A stretch of DNA of 64,000 nucleotides. It comes from Octopus vulgaris (taxonomy: Eukaryota). The position numbers and the translations under genes are program-made. Positions within the stretch are counted from its first letter, which is position 1; each line of letters opens with the position of its first letter. Under the pieces are notes generated by a model, which was not told the origin of the DNA, searched no databases, and saw only the letters and a program-made list of their open reading frames with translations. Location: the NCBI GenBank assembly GCA_951406725.2, contig OX597823.1, positions 9,114,001-9,178,000 on the forward strand, read 5' to 3'. Below are positions 24,362-40,941 of the stretch, one piece after another.

Positions 24362-26654
24362 TTCTAAATAAAATCTAAGCAGAGGATTAGTAGGAGTTAC
24401 AGGGTATCCTTGAAAATGCTTAGTGGTATCTATTCTGATTCTTGCATTTTAAGTTCAATTACTGCAGAGATCAATTCTTCCTTTCAATCTTCAGGAGGCG
24501 ATAACATAAAATTCTACTGTAGCGTGTTGAACTGTTAAAATTGTTTGAACGTCGGACTCGATGTATGGCGATATACGTTCTGACACCTTCCATTATGAAT
24601 TCAGAATCGACGTTACTCTGTTTAATAGCATCATCTGATATTACCGTTTGATATTACCCTGCTTTTCCTTATTCCATGTTAGCTTTGCTCTGAAAAGAAT
24701 TATAGTCACATCCTTCCCTCCTCATTGAGTGATGAAAAATTAAATTGTGAGATATTCGCTTCGTACAGATTGCGCAAACACTCCACTGATTGATTCGTTG
24801 AAAACGTTTAAACGATAGCGCTATAGTTCATTCTATGACATTAAATCAAATATAACCATAGAATACTATTATCTCTTATGTGATATTAAAACGATGAACA
24901 ATGAAATTATGTAGTTTTTACTTTCTTAAATTAACTATGCGTGCAATAATGGCAACCAGTATGCTAATCATACATCGTATGTCATTTAAGCACACCAGTT
25001 TTCTGGTTGGTATATATTGTTCATATTTTAATAGTAGTCTCATAATATCCTACGTAAAAATAAGACTAATGTAAATAAACATACAAGAATATCCTAAAAC
25101 CGGAAACTGATACCACAAAACAATTTGAGTTAAGATCTTTGGTGTGGTCACTAAAGAAATTCACTTCAGAGGTACTGTTTTAAAACAGGAAGAACAGAAA
25201 GAATAATATATTTAAAGAACATTTTGATCATATGTCTTACTGAATAGATCTAAAACAAGGTTTAAGCAATTTAACAATAACAACACTATCATATGTTTTT
25301 ATTTATTAGCACAGTTTAGGATCTAATGGAATTTATTTAATTCTTTGATTGTAGAAGAGGAACCATATTTATAATGATATATATAATAAAATAATATAAA
25401 TGAAATATATACAATATAAAAAGTATGTCAAAATATCAAAGGTAAAGCAAAGTGACGTTAGATATACATCTGAGAATGTTACCTTTCTATACACCATGTA
25501 GTAAACTATCTTGAAATATATCAATCTACTATGATGGAAAATTTCTACAGCTATAAAATGATTTGTATTCAGCTATAACATGATGTGTTGTCAGTCACTA
25601 GACTGCGGCCAAGATGCGGCACAGCTGAAATAGAACATGAACAACTACAACACTGACGACTGTTACTATAGCAGCCCAAAATTAAAAAAAAAAGTAAAGA
25701 AACACTGCAAAAATCAAAATATGCACCATTGCGTATTTCGCAATATTGCGAAGTACGCAGTGGTGCATAACGGTGCAAAATATGCAATGATAACCCAGAG
25801 AAAAATATCAATACAACATTATTTGATAGTGATTTTGTTACTCTGGTGACGGTTTTGAAAACATAACCAGACATTACTCGTGAGTAATATGGCTTGTTCA
25901 GTTGCATCATGCATTTACTCACTGTTTAGGATGACTATGATGATGCTCGGCCCTTTCACACTTGACTTAGCAGAACATTAAGGCAGTGGAAGTTAGGGCA
26001 GATTGACGCATCTACACTAAGATGGTTCTCGTTACATCTTGATAGACTCGAGTAACCTAAGTTGTAGTGCACAATGTGTTTGCGGGCCAGAAATTGAACG
26101 CTGAACCTTATGGTCCTGAACGAATCAGCCTATTTGCTAACCTTGCAGCTTGTCTGGAAATGGAAATAGAATCATAATACCAAATAGGCTCATGATTTTA
26201 GATTCAACATATCCCCTTGAAACTCCTGTATATCTAAATACATTGACCTATGGAAAATTAAGAGCCTTGTCAATGGACACAGTATATTACCATTCATTGG
26301 ACAGTCTTCTGATCCCTTATATTTTGGTCTCCCGTCCCAATGGTTCGGCTATTTTTATACTTTAACAGATATAATTACAACGCATATTACATCAATATAT
26401 TCACCATACAGGAAGCTAATATCAATACATTTATCGAAAAACATATTGTGGGTAGCGTTAATGTATTCAGAATAAAAATATAGTGAGTAATATTTGTATG
26501 AGACGATGGAGCGTGATCGATATAAAAGACTGTTATAATATTAAGATTGGTAATTATGGGGAAGTAAAAAATAAAGTGTAAAATAAACATTACTGAGATT
26601 TTTTAATAACTAAAATTGGTTATACATACACACACGCACGCACGCACACACACA

Positions 26655-26692
<38 letters not shown>

Positions 26693-29044
26693 CATATATT
26701 AATGTGGTTTATATTTTTTCTAAACGGTTTCCTATGTTAATTGAAGTAAATCATATTAACTCTTGAATATATTACATCCTAAAATCTCGGAATTAATGGA
26801 TAGAGAACACACATAAAGATACATATTCACAGACACAGATACAAATACAAACACAAACACATGCACACACAAACACACACACACTCACGCATACACACTC
26901 AGAGACTCGCACATGTACATGTGCATACGTACATTTGCGTCTACATATATATATACATACACATGTATGAGTTTTTCTTTATGCATATGCAAGCAGACAC
27001 ACTCATATAATATGCAACAACAATCATTAATAGGTACATGGTCATCATAGACATATGAATGCATAAAATCCCCCACGCCCAGAATTGTACACATATCTAC
27101 ACACACATATACATGCATATGCACACAGATAAACATATACATATCCTTTTTTTGTTTATATGTGTGGGTGTGAGGTTGTTAACATATGCAAATTTACAGA
27201 CTCACACACACTCATTCATATATATATGTGTGTGTGTATGTGTGTATATGTGATTGTACAGACAGGATATACTGAGGAATTACACACACACATACATATA
27301 CATACACATATGTGTATGCGTGTGTGTATATATATGTGTGTGTGTGTGCATTTCACGGAATTTAATGCTGTATTTAAAACGAAAATTCTCACAGATTATT
27401 TGACGCCATTTTTTATGTATTAACGTGTAAAAAAAAAGTCAAATCGAACTACACAGAAATTTAACAAGCAATGTTAGCAATGGCAATTTTTTCAACGTCT
27501 ACGTAGATAAGAACTCTAATTAAAATGACACACAAAAAAATAATAGATAAATAAACAGAAGGAAATACTGAAAGTAAAACTTAATTTCAAAATGACAATT
27601 TATTGATAATAGATAGAATACGAGGATACGTGGCACCGACCTCATACATTTTCATATCCCTTGCTTTCAGAAAATGTTGTTTATACACAAGAGGATGCTC
27701 CACATAGAATATATAACGCATTCAATCGAAATTAGTGTTTTAATGATACCGGTCTTCTAATAAGTGATTTACAGCGATGGTTCCCTGTGAGGAATTTAAA
27801 CATAGACATGTAATAATTGCGTCTAGCATTGGAATAAAGTCCAGTATTCGAAGGAGGAGTTAGTCGATACCATCGAGCCCCATACGGATATATTAGTCAA
27901 TGGTCATCATCCAGTAGATGTACCCAGATATTATGACGAAGGATTTTATCAATTCCAGTTAGATTAAAGGAAATTTGCATTAGATACAGGTGGTGGTTTT
28001 GCATAAATGTATTTGTCGAGCGAAATAATGTGTATCGGTTTATCTTCTGATTACTGACATAACGGAACCCCTACTTACAGGTGCACTATATCCTTGCTCA
28101 TCCATGTTCTATAACTTTAATAACTTTTGCGTCTCTGACGAGGCTAGGCTCAGGTTACTCCCATTCAGGTACCCTATCTTTTATCAAAATTCTGGGCCTA
28201 ATCTCTCGGTTATATCACTGCACCTAATCTTTTCTCCCAAGAACGTTAGTCTTCTGGAATTCGCTTTTCTCGTCTACGTGATGCTTTACCAAGTTTCGAG
28301 ATGACATCGAATGCCCTCCGAAGACCATAGATATTGTTTCTTCTTCCAGATTCATGAAGTAAAATGAAGAGACGTACTGGTTTCGACATAATCGATTTCT
28401 CTGATTCCCAAAGGCTGAAAGCGGATAACACTTCACTGTCAATGCTTTGTCATGTACGTGCTCGTGAACCTAGATTTTTGATTCTCATAAGAAGTCTTAA
28501 AAGAAAATGAAGGTAGTGTAAAAATACTAGTGTGAGTTCTATGCTTGAAGTTTGCAAATTCTAAGCAAGGTGATATATATGAAGACAGAAATGATTACTG
28601 TTGTCAATCGTCTTATATTTGATGTACGCTTTCACTGCACAACCGACGGTGGCCGAGGTGCACGAAGCACTTTGGCTACCATTAATGTTTTGAATTCCTT
28701 TCGTATTTCTTAATATAATGAAAGTATTCTACATAATGCGAGAGGATCATGTGCATCACCCAAAGCTATATTTATATGCTGTGTTAATCTGTTTATCCTT
28801 AGGGTCAGTTATGTAAATTTCGTTATACCATTTAATGATTTTCAAAGCAACTGTTGCTTCTGTCATCGGTTTTCAAATTCTGTTTATCGCCATTTTCAGA
28901 ACCGTACAACCGAAAGGAAATTTCGTTGAGATACATTATTGCCTGCTAGAAATATATTACTACAACAAAGCACTCCTTCGCTCGAGCTCCTTATTAACAA
29001 TGTCATGCAGAATTAGTCAGATCGTGTGTATGTGTCTGCCTCTC

Positions 29045-29076
<32 letters not shown>

Positions 29077-29869
29077 TGTGCGTGTGCGTGCGTGTGTGTG
29101 ATTGACATACCACACAATATGGTCGTTTTGTCATTGTCTGTGATATTTTCTGGGGAGTGTTTTATGCAACTTCGTTTCCTTTGATGTTTCATATTACCGG
29201 CATAGCAGGAAGTGTACGAAAAAAATCAACTAGGAGAAGTCTGTGTATACGAATTCGATCTGGACTACAAACGGTATTGCCTGAAACAATGTGAATAATT
29301 GTTTCTTACCGCTTTCTATATATTGATCACTTAGCTTTTATTCCAGAGTTTTGATACGTTTAGAAGGTAAGATTTCGATCCTGCTCTACAATTCAGAATA
29401 TTTCTGTTCTACTTTTGTGTCCCGCATTTCTCAGCATTTCCGTCTTTTTCCATATTTTAGCGTTGTTCAGCTTAATCATTTTACTGGCTATGTACAGGCA
29501 TTTTTCACCACCGGTTAAGCACGGTATTCTGTAAACGTCATTTGGCTTCGTGGTTACGTATTACACAATTTCTGCTCTTTGTTCTTCTCTTTTATTCTAA
29601 CTGTTCGATTTTTCAGCATCTGTTTTGCATTTGTCGGGTACTTTGAAAACAGAAAAATCTTTTCGTTTACATGTGATTTGTAGCTATTTGTAATAATTTC
29701 CAATTTTTTTTTTTACTAACAAATCTTTTATAATAGTATTCTGGTTACAAAAACCCATATGTTCTTGTATTCATATCATTTACGAACCGTTTAGAATATT
29801 TTTAGTAATATTTCTTACTAGAACAACTAGACCACTGATGAGTATTTCTATTTTCCTTTTGTATTCATA

Positions 29870-30960
29870 TCTGCTTTCAAGCATTATTCTAATATATCTT
29901 GCTCTTTCTAATTTTTTCTTTCACGTGTACTTCCTGTATTCTATCTAGTGAAATGCGAAAGATATTTAGAAATTTGAGTTTCATCTACTTCTCTTATCTC
30001 TTTATTTATCAAGGTATTAGTATTCTAATATCTTTCTCTGAGAGGCTTCTATTGCTCAGATTTCTAGCCTGGATATCATATAACTCTCTATGGCGAATCT
30101 ATAGTACCGTTTGTATTTGTTTATCATCTGCAGCAAACCGCGTCAGGGTGTCCAAAGAGCAAAAATGTTGATTGCCTTCCCAGAGCATGAGTATCCGAAT
30201 TCAATCTTGTTTAACATGTTGTTAAATGTGTGAACCTCAGACAAAAATAATCTGGAAAGATTAAGTCTCATTGAAGTACTTTTCTCCAGTAGAGATATTG
30301 TTAGATTTTATAATCTTCTTTGTCTCATTCCACAGACTTATTATTGATTATTTCTTCATTCTAAGTTCAACATGCAGAGAACAGTGTTCAAAATCCTTCT
30401 GGTAATCAATAAATGTAATATTCATAGACGTCTTTAACCACCTGCAGTCTCAGGTAATGGCTCTGTTGGTTAGTAATGGATCATCACAATCTTAAGACTA
30501 CTTAGTATTACATCTTAGTTTATGGAAGTGATTCTTCTCTTATCTACCGTAATTCTGTGGGATATTGCGATCACTGTTTCTAAATTGAAGGAAAGTAGGT
30601 TATACGTCTGTAATTTTGTTAAGCTTTGACCTTTCGTTAGTTGGTGTCAGCCTTGTGATATCTTCGCCCCTTCAATATATCTTGTTAAACTTCCATGTAA
30701 GCCACTTGTGTGTCCAAATAAAACAAATATATTAATAAGATTGGGATGCTATAAATGATTCCTGTCTTCCTGGTACTTCTATAGTATTTTCTTGACTTGT
30801 ATTCATAACATCACCCGCAATTATCTTGATGCTTGAATCATTTGCTTTAAAGAAACTCACATGTGGTTATTCTTGGCTTCTTCCTTATCCATCTACAGAA
30901 TTCTACACTGCATCAATTTCTACTTTACGTTTACTTGTACATAATAAAATCATCTTAATT
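29870..30960 (-). pseudogene. Highly decayed LINE reverse transcriptase (R4/Dong-like)
   Basis: Minus-strand QNYRRITYFPSI (NYRPITCL-like) and ITFIDYQKDFE (IDYxKAFD-like) in the correct order. Confidence 0.65.
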
Positions 30961-31887
30961 TAGAATAAAAGTACTTATATTCTTCAAAGAATAATTGTCC
31001 TTAACCTCATCGTATTACTTGCTATTTAGCAAACAAATTCGAGTGTACGACATAGTCGAGAGGTCAAGATGAGACGCCGCAGAGCGGCCAGTTAAGTTTC
31101 GTTGCTTGGATAAGTTTCGTGCACAGCAATCTACTTAAACTGGAAAGAATCCGTTGTAATTATAGAAGACAAAGCATAGCTTTAAGCATATGTTATTCAC
31201 AGACAAGTAGAGATGTAATGAATTGTTGAGTTGTACTTTCTTGAAACATAGATAAAATCTAAAATATTGTTATCGTGTGAGACTGAAATTAGAACAGCGA
31301 AGTACTAAACTGTACATAGAAAATAACAAATTCTGATTCCTGTTGGCAAACGTCTCGTGTATGTAATAACGTATTCATAATCAGATATGTGCGTCTTGCT
31401 TAATAGATAAAATACAATGAATGAAGTATAATGTGAACACACCACCCGCAGTACTGTGCTTACTTCAATCGTTACCACTTCCTGGTATATAAATAGTGAA
31501 TATTGTCAGCATTTGTATATCATTACACCCATCAATCATTGCCAAACTGATGTCTACTTTAATCTTCTTAAATTTAATATGACTGACAAACCTTCACTTC
31601 TGTTTCCCTGCTTCAATAGACTACTCTCTCGCCAAGTCTTCACTGCCGGAAAGATTCTTATTTCAGATTAGGAGACGTGGAAGCAAAGGAGTTACATATC
31701 GTGTTTTCTTACATTAATATTCACTACGGGTCTGTTGCTTGAATAAAGATGAAATATCTAGATTCCTAAATTTTTAACTAGAACTAGCACACGCGTAAAC
31801 ACACGCATATGATAAAGTTGATGATAAAGACGCCGACGATGTTTTTCATGGTTGCAGCTGTGATTCTACTTTTTTCGTCGTCGTCTT

Positions 31888-32000
31888 CATCATCATCATC
31901 CATCGTCATCACCATCACCATCATTATCATCATCATCACCATCATCATCACCATCATCATCACCATCATCATCATCATCATCATCATCACCATCATTATC

Positions 32001-32032
<32 letters not shown>

Positions 32033-32034
32033 CA

Positions 32035-32103
<69 letters not shown>
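31888..32103. repeat. (CAT)n/(CGT)n trinucleotide tract
   Basis: Direct reading. Confidence 0.95.
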
Positions 32104-33608
32104 CTACATCAAAACACCACCATCACCACTGCACAACAACAAAACCAAAAACAAAAGCAAGCACAACAACACCATTCTGTGTTTCTTACCGTTATTCAAA
32201 ATATAATCAGTACAATATTTATATTTCCATTTTATAATAACTGTCAGTATTATCCATATAATTTTCTCTTGAATATGTCTGGCCTTTCATAATATATTAT
32301 GTTATCATAATTATTGCTAGTGATGTGTTCGTTTTTATTATTGATGTTGATATTGTTTTATCGCCAGTCAATCCTTTTGGAATATATCTCAGATATTCCC
32401 GTATTTGATATCGAAGGCTTCATTATCTAATATGACATTTCTTTTACAAGCAGTAAGGCGTGTTTCGAAAAAAAGTTCACTGCTTTTTGAAACAGAGTAT
32501 GCAACCACACAACAGAGACTCGTAATAATATTATTTGCATATAATTCTCATCACAATATTTAGTTATACGCATTTTACCTATCGATTTTAAATATATCCG
32601 GATAATCTTTGCTAATGCCTTTCAGTTGTTTGTATGCTTTTACTTGCGTCTGTTCGACTGAGCGCATAACATGTTTCAAGGTGTGTGGTCTTGTGTCAAT
32701 CTGAGCTTCCATTCAAAAATTTTCGCTCCTTCAGGAAATTACGTTTCAATCCGGTTTAAATCCTCAGAGAAATAATATAGCCTCATTAGCAAACTTAACC
32801 ACCAACAAGACTGCAATAGACGTTCCGTTCATGCATCTTTGTTTGCGAAGCTACAGCACGATATGATATATATACTCATGCGCACAAACAGGCGCCCATG
32901 CAGACATTAGGCAGACAGGCAGCCAGCCAGCCGGACAAACAAAAACTCACGCACACACACACACACACGCACAAAATTTTAGAAAATAATTGATGGCCGC
33001 CAATTACACGAATTTAAATAATTGCATAGTATACTCAAAGCCCGACACAAATCTTGAATTGCGAAAAAGATTTATCGGAGTGGGAGAATGTAAAGGCAAT
33101 TCTGAGTGACTATCAAGGAAATGGCGAGATGATTTCAAGAAATGTTATATTCTGTTAAGAAAGTACTAGTGTACAGTATGGAGCCACCTTCAGATTTCAC
33201 CCTATGCAATCCAATAGTAGTCTTATACGTACTTCCAGTTTTGCGTTCGGGCATCTGTCATGTATGGATAGACATTCAGTCCGTATGTTCTCATTCTCGG
33301 CTTAAGAACACCCCCCACTGTCTGTCGTGGCCAACGGTCCTTCAGCAACAACACTCCCTCCATAATAAACTCAGTCACTACTACTAAATTCAGGACACGA
33401 CAGACAGGTAGGACGTTCTTGAAGCCGAGAATGTGAACTTACGGAGGCAATATTCACATATCGCCTGATGAGGAACATCTAGATCTCATAATTCAGGGAA
33501 ACAGTTGCATAATCAAGTACCTGCACGCCTGGAGAACCACATTGCGGGGAAACAATTGTAGTGACTAACAAAGTAAATATCCAGCCGTGGTCATTCTTGT
33601 TGACTAAG

Positions 33609-33726
<118 letters not shown>

Positions 33727-33892
33727 CTGTATGTGTGTGTGAGTGTGTATGTGGCATCTTCAATATAGCATCCATTCAATTTTCAAAAGAAATATAGCCG
33801 ACCATTTATTGCAATAAAGATCAAACAGGCTTACCCTAGAATGTGAATTATCTGTAGGAACTAACTTTTAATTTCTATAACCGTTGGTTCCA

Positions 33893-34020
33893 CCAAGGTC
33901 GACTTCGTCATTCATTCTTTCGTGGTCGATCAAATAAGTACCAGTTGAGCACTGGAGTCGATGTAATCGGCTTACCTGCTCCCTCTAAATTGCTGGCATT
34001 GTGCTAAAATTTTAAACCAT
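33893..34020 (+). mobile_element. SINE family E fragment
   Basis: aggtcgactt...ttcattctttcgtggtcgat...aagtaccagttgagcactgg. Confidence 0.7.
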
Positions 34021-34940
34021 TTTGTACAACCGTTGCATGAATTTCTATAAATTTCGTCAATTGATTGGAAGAAAGAAACATTGAAGGCTAAAGAGGAATG
34101 CTGATATATCTGAGAATAAACAACGATGTCTATAAATGACTAAAGCATCATTATTTTAAATATGTATACCATTAACAAAAAATATGGAACTACTCTAGAA
34201 TTTCAAAGATACTTAAGAATCATAAAAAATTGACAACTTCCATACATTGAGAATTCAAGATGTTTAATTTGTTTTGACACATTCGCTTCTTTTAAATTGG
34301 AAGCTGGCATGAGTGTCACAACACCCACTTGTATTTAATGAACCTCTGCTTTCATGTGTATGATATAAATATATATTTGCTGAAGTGTATTGACAAAATG
34401 TCAACAAATTCTCAACATTTTATTATGCGTGTGGAAATTTAAATTCCTTCAGAAAATTGATAATTGTCCAAGTTTTTCTTGCAATCACCGTTTTCCGCTA
34501 CAGGTCAGGCAACTGATGTTTTCCGACAATACCGTGTTTCATTTAAATAAGATTCTTACAAAATATAAATAGCCGGAAGACAATAAGGTAAGAAAGGAAA
34601 CATTCTTTGTACATTAATTATCTTCTGTTGAAACCTTGCACACCTGCTGTGTGTGATCATTATATAAAAGTAAAGAAATCAATCACAAACAATACATCTA
34701 TTTTAAGCTTATTTAGGACGTTCAACCTACGTTCTGTGGTTCAAAAGAGGGTATATTCCAAAGGCAGATATCACGACCTATTTCACTTTGTATAGGCTAT
34801 GAATATAAGCTCCTATCCGTTGCCTAGTTAACACAAAATTTACATATATATGACAGATATATTTATATATGTCTGCCTTGCGTGTGTGTGTGTGTGTGTG
34901 TGTGTGAGTGCGTGCGAGTGTGTGTGCATGTATCTATCTA

Positions 34941-35033
<93 letters not shown>

Positions 35034-35403
35034 TTATTTATCTATCTATCAATTATATTATCTGGCAGCTTAAGGAAACGAAAACAAAATACATTACATT
35101 GTCCATACTGAGACACGCGAGTTCCTACAACGAGAGTCCCTGCCAGTTATGCTCCGAGGAGTCACTCTCAATAATGTTAACAAAGAAGCGCATTATGAAA
35201 AAATTCATTGAACAATTGCCCATATGCCCACATACAACTAAATACACATTCACATAGTGCAATCTCTATCATTTGATATATACATGGCGCCCACGACACT
35301 TGATACACCTGAACTTGAGGAACTATATTCGAATAACTTGCATTTCACATATGATCTTGCCGTCTAGATCCACATATGTATATGTAAATATGTCCAGATA
35401 TAC

Positions 35404-35478
<75 letters not shown>

Positions 35479-35734
35479 TGTGTGTGTGTGTGTGTGTGTG
35501 TGTAAGTGAATGTAGTTTATGCACATCCATAAATTAGCACGCCTGTCGATCAAATTTTAGGAGGAATTTCGTCATGACCCTAGCTGTTTTTCGTCAAATT
35601 ATTGTCCGCCAAAGCACCAGCGAATAGCGGTAAAAGTAATTTTGAACCATAACTTCTAACAATATTCAAGTCGGAGAAATACGTTATTTACAAATATGAG
35701 TTAAGTCCCCTTCTAGCGAAGGTGTAAAGAGTGG

Positions 35735-35816
<82 letters not shown>

Positions 35817-35914
35817 AGACAGATTTTTAAAATTTCTTTCTTTTTGTGAGTGATTGAGAGGCAAAAAGAGACAGGGGTTGTTATGCATGTATGTATGTGT
35901 GAATGGCTTCAGTC

Positions 35915-35946
<32 letters not shown>

Positions 35947-36039
35947 AGACACACACACGTACATGTATGCGTACAACACACATGTATGCGTACAACACAC
36001 ATGTATGCGTACAACACACATGTATGCAATGTGTATGTG

Positions 36040-37200
36040 TGTGTGTTGCCCGAGACAGGCTCCTTCGCAAACGATCAGCTATTATTTTGTAAACAATGTT
36101 TCGAAACTGTTCATGTTTTCGAAAGGAGAGATCAGACTCTCACATCTCTGTGGGAGAAGGTAGGACTCTCTATTCCGCTTACAAAACTCACGACCAAGTG
36201 CCAAATTTGCATTTTGTAAACAATGTTTCGAAACTGTTCGTGTTTTCGAAAGGAGAACACTGACTGTCACATCTCTCTGAGAGAAGGTTTGCCTCTCTAC
36301 TCCTCTTACAAAACTTACGTCCGGGTGCTAAATTTGTTTCAAATGATGGTATTACTCGGGTAGGGGTGGTGGTGGGACAGGGGCAGTGGTAAGGGCGTAC
36401 AAAAAACATGTATGCAATAGGTGTATGTACGTATATGTTTGAATGTGAGTGTGTTGCCCATATATATATATACTTAGTTGTGATCTGAACATAACCGCTT
36501 CTCACACAGAGGATCGGGGGCCATTTTGGGCGTTCTATTTTCCTTGCTGGAAGAGTTTCCAACCCATGGGCAAAGGGGGTTACATGAGGGGGGGTGTTTT
36601 CAAATGGGTTGACATATGCAACCTGATCATCTCTGCCGATCAAACTCCCAACCCATGCGTTCCCGTCGCGACACTGATTTTGCAGAACTGGGTTGGGTAT
36701 GAAAACCAACTTTGAAGTATAAATATAGATGTTTTTGAATCAGCAATGTTGTGTTTGGTTAAGTCTTATTTGGAGTGAAAAATCAATAAACTGATTCCTT
36801 ATGGTGTCTTCTATTTAATCAGGATTTAAAAAATCGATAAACCGATTCTTTATAGGACTTCCCGCTAAAATTGTCTACACCCCATTTTCAACCATAACTT
36901 TTACCAATTTTGATGTATTTTGTTCAAACGTGATTACTTAGGACTCATGGGATCTTTGAATGCTTTAAGTTCTCAAAAAACGAAAAAAAAAATCGATGAG
37001 TGGAAATAATCGATAAACCAATTTCTTATAGGATCTCCGAATCAAATTGTCTGCCACTCATTTTCCGCCAAAAGTTTACCAATTTCAACGGATTTCGCTC
37101 AAATTTGACGTCGATGTTACTTTGTTTGGTTTGAAATAAAGAGCTTGATAAGCTTAATAATCCTAACTTAATCCCGAGCAAAGCCGGGCGAAACTGCTAG
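36040..37200 (+). mobile_element. Longer Helitron, second family; 5' end not defined
   Basis: 3' end cccgagcaaagccgggcgaaactgCTAG|T; internal 128-bp tandem duplication (36083/36211) and three aatc(g/a)ataaac repeats. Confidence 0.65.
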
Positions 37201-37340
37201 TTTTCTCTAAAGGAGAATGTATTTTCCAGGTTCATACTTGAATTTTTTGCGTTTCAGTAATATTTCTCTGATTTTACTCATTCTCGAATTAAATCGATAA
37301 GCGGTACGTAAGCCGACTCAAGAAATCTCTAGTGAGACTT

Positions 37341-37397
37341 TTTATTGATGTACCTGAAGAGACTGAGAACAAATCGAAACGTGTTGTACCCAATAAA
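37341..37397 (+). ncRNA. Minimal type I hammerhead ribozyme with intact core
   Basis: tttattg at gtac-CTGAAGA-ga...tc-GAA-ac gt gt-T-gtac c caataaa; predicted cut after 37385; stem I extended across an internal loop; stem II weak. Confidence 0.7.
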
Positions 37398-37855
37398 GTT
37401 TATTACACGTTACATCTCCTATTTTATTAATACTGTTATCCCAACCGCCATTATCACGTTCCTGCAGTAAATCTACGGATTTACAGGTAATCAAAACTGT
37501 GACTATCCTTTATTCATCATCCATTTATATATTTCATACAATTTCCCCATTATATATATATATACGTATGTGCCAGTGTGTGTATATGTATGTGTGTGCT
37601 TGTGTAAGTTAGTTCCGAATTACTTTACTCAAAATCTCCTCCGCCCTCCAAATACGGAAATCTGTTACTAGAATTAATGAACATGGATTGTACGGCTGCT
37701 GATCGGAGATGTTCTCTGTTTGGTTCGCTGTTTCCATTAATGTCAATAAATTTCTCTTGGGTTAAATTTTCCAGCTACCTGAAATATTCAGGTATTCGTA
37801 TTCTTATCACGAATAAATCAAACTCGTGAGATCTTAGAATTCCTCCTCTAATGTG

Positions 37856-39012
<1,157 letters not shown>

Positions 39013-40713
39013 GCGATGATGCTTAAATCTCTGTCCAGTGAATGCTTGCTGGAGATAATAGGATACGGAGAGAAAATCCCGCTTCTATTTGACGAGTTAA
39101 AATCTTATGTTAAGAAACAAAAACTTACAAAAGTTTTATTAAACTGAATGATTGCCCTATTACTCGGGAGTAATCCATAATATTCGTACAGAATATGCTT
39201 ATCATTTCATAAGATGTAGTAGGAAGCTGGCAAAATGGTAGCGTGTCGGAAAAAAAAATTGCAGCATTTCTTGTGGCTCTATGCTTTCTGATTTTATACA
39301 TTCTGAGGAAGACACTGCTTTCATCCATTGCGTGTCAATAGAATAAGTGCCAGTTGAAGACAGGTTTTGTTGCAATCAAGTTTATTCTCCCCTTAAAATT
39401 GCTGCCCTTGTGTCCAAATTAGAAATAATTATTTCATATGTAAATTGTGTACTACAACGATGTTGAATAAGCTATTTGCCTATACGGAAAAGTTACCTAT
39501 GGTTTGAGACATGAATATATGACAGACTTAATAGTTTCCAAAGAAAAATTTAATTACAATATGTTGTATGTCTCTGAATTAATTACTCATTACCGTGGAA
39601 CAGTACCACAGAATTTCCCTGTTTATTTAATCGATTACAATTCTCTCAGCGCATAAATAGAATCGGAGAGGGATCAATTAAAATAATCTTTTCAGCGAGA
39701 TATGAACTCAGAATATACAGCACGGATCAAAAGATTGATTAGGTAATTGGTTCTGAAATGAATCACTTAACCACAGAATTGTCAATAGTAATACTGTGAA
39801 TTGGCAGAGACGTCAGAGCGTTGGCACTAGAATTTTGCACTCAAATTTCATTGAGGCTTCGATAGACTAAAGTACTCAACTTGATATCATCATCTATGCG
39901 CCCAGCTCTAAATTGGGGATCCTGTACTTGTAATTGAAACGATTTTAATTTATTAATGAACAATAATTTTGCAAACTTATTAGTGAACCGTGTTTACCAA
40001 ATCCAAACCACGTTATAATGTTGAAATCCAAAGTGGTTAGGATACACTGAATAGTTTCACTTTGCGTTATAATTCTCTCTCCTTTGCCTTATCTTAGTAC
40101 ATCTGTCAACTTGTGAACCACCATTGTAAATTTAGACTTAATACCTAAGTGCAGAACAGAGAGCGAGACGTATAAATGTTTCGTATATTGTGATGAATAA
40201 ACAGAATAGAAGAAATAAAATATGGTGAAAGAAAGCAGAAATGGAAATTTTTGCGGCCATAGAAAGAAAATGTATCCATCCATTCGATGAAATCCTGACC
40301 TGACAACTCACTTATCATGTTTAACGGATCAATAGTTTTAAATTGCTCAAAATACCTTTGCTACGTTATCTCAGACAGGCAGCGGAAGTTTTCATGTTAC
40401 AACTATTTTTCTTTGTTTTGATCATTATTTTTTTTCTGTCTTAACCTGAGAATGTATAGCACATCGTTTTCACTATTCTAACTTTCTTCCATTCCTTAAT
40501 TCTTGCCTATTCATTTCTTTTCCTTCTTTTTCCTCTGTTGGTTCTTCTTCACATTTTCTTCTTAATTATATAACTTATCAAACATATTCAGTATATAATC
40601 AGATCAATACTATTAACATACAACCTGACAAGCAGTTATGAGGTTTCGAGTATGTTTATAATACTTGCTTTTACTTATTTTCTTATTCTCGACTTTGTAA
40701 ATAAAACACACAG

Positions 40714-40941
40714 CAGTCAAGGAAATACAGTCAAGGAAATACAGTCAAGGAAATACAGTCAAGGAAATACAGTCAAGGAAATACAGTCAAGGAAATACAG
40801 TCAAGGAAATACAGTCAAGGAAATGCAGTCAAGGAAATACAGTCAAGGAAATACAGTCAAGGAAATACAGTCAAGGAAATACAGTCAAGGAAATACAGTC
40901 AAGGAAATACAGTCAAGGAAATACAGTCAAGGAAATACAGT
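40714..40941. repeat. 14-bp minisatellite (CAGTCAAGGAAATA) x16
   Basis: 16 units plus 4 nt; a single variant base at 40825. Confidence 0.97.

Noticed and set aside
28136-28160. CTGACGA-ggc hammerhead-like start
   Set aside because: No GAAA/stem III at a suitable distance on the same strand.
36188-36709. 173-aa minus-strand ORF
   Set aside because: No recognisable domain; lies inside the putative Helitron and overlaps its tandem duplication.
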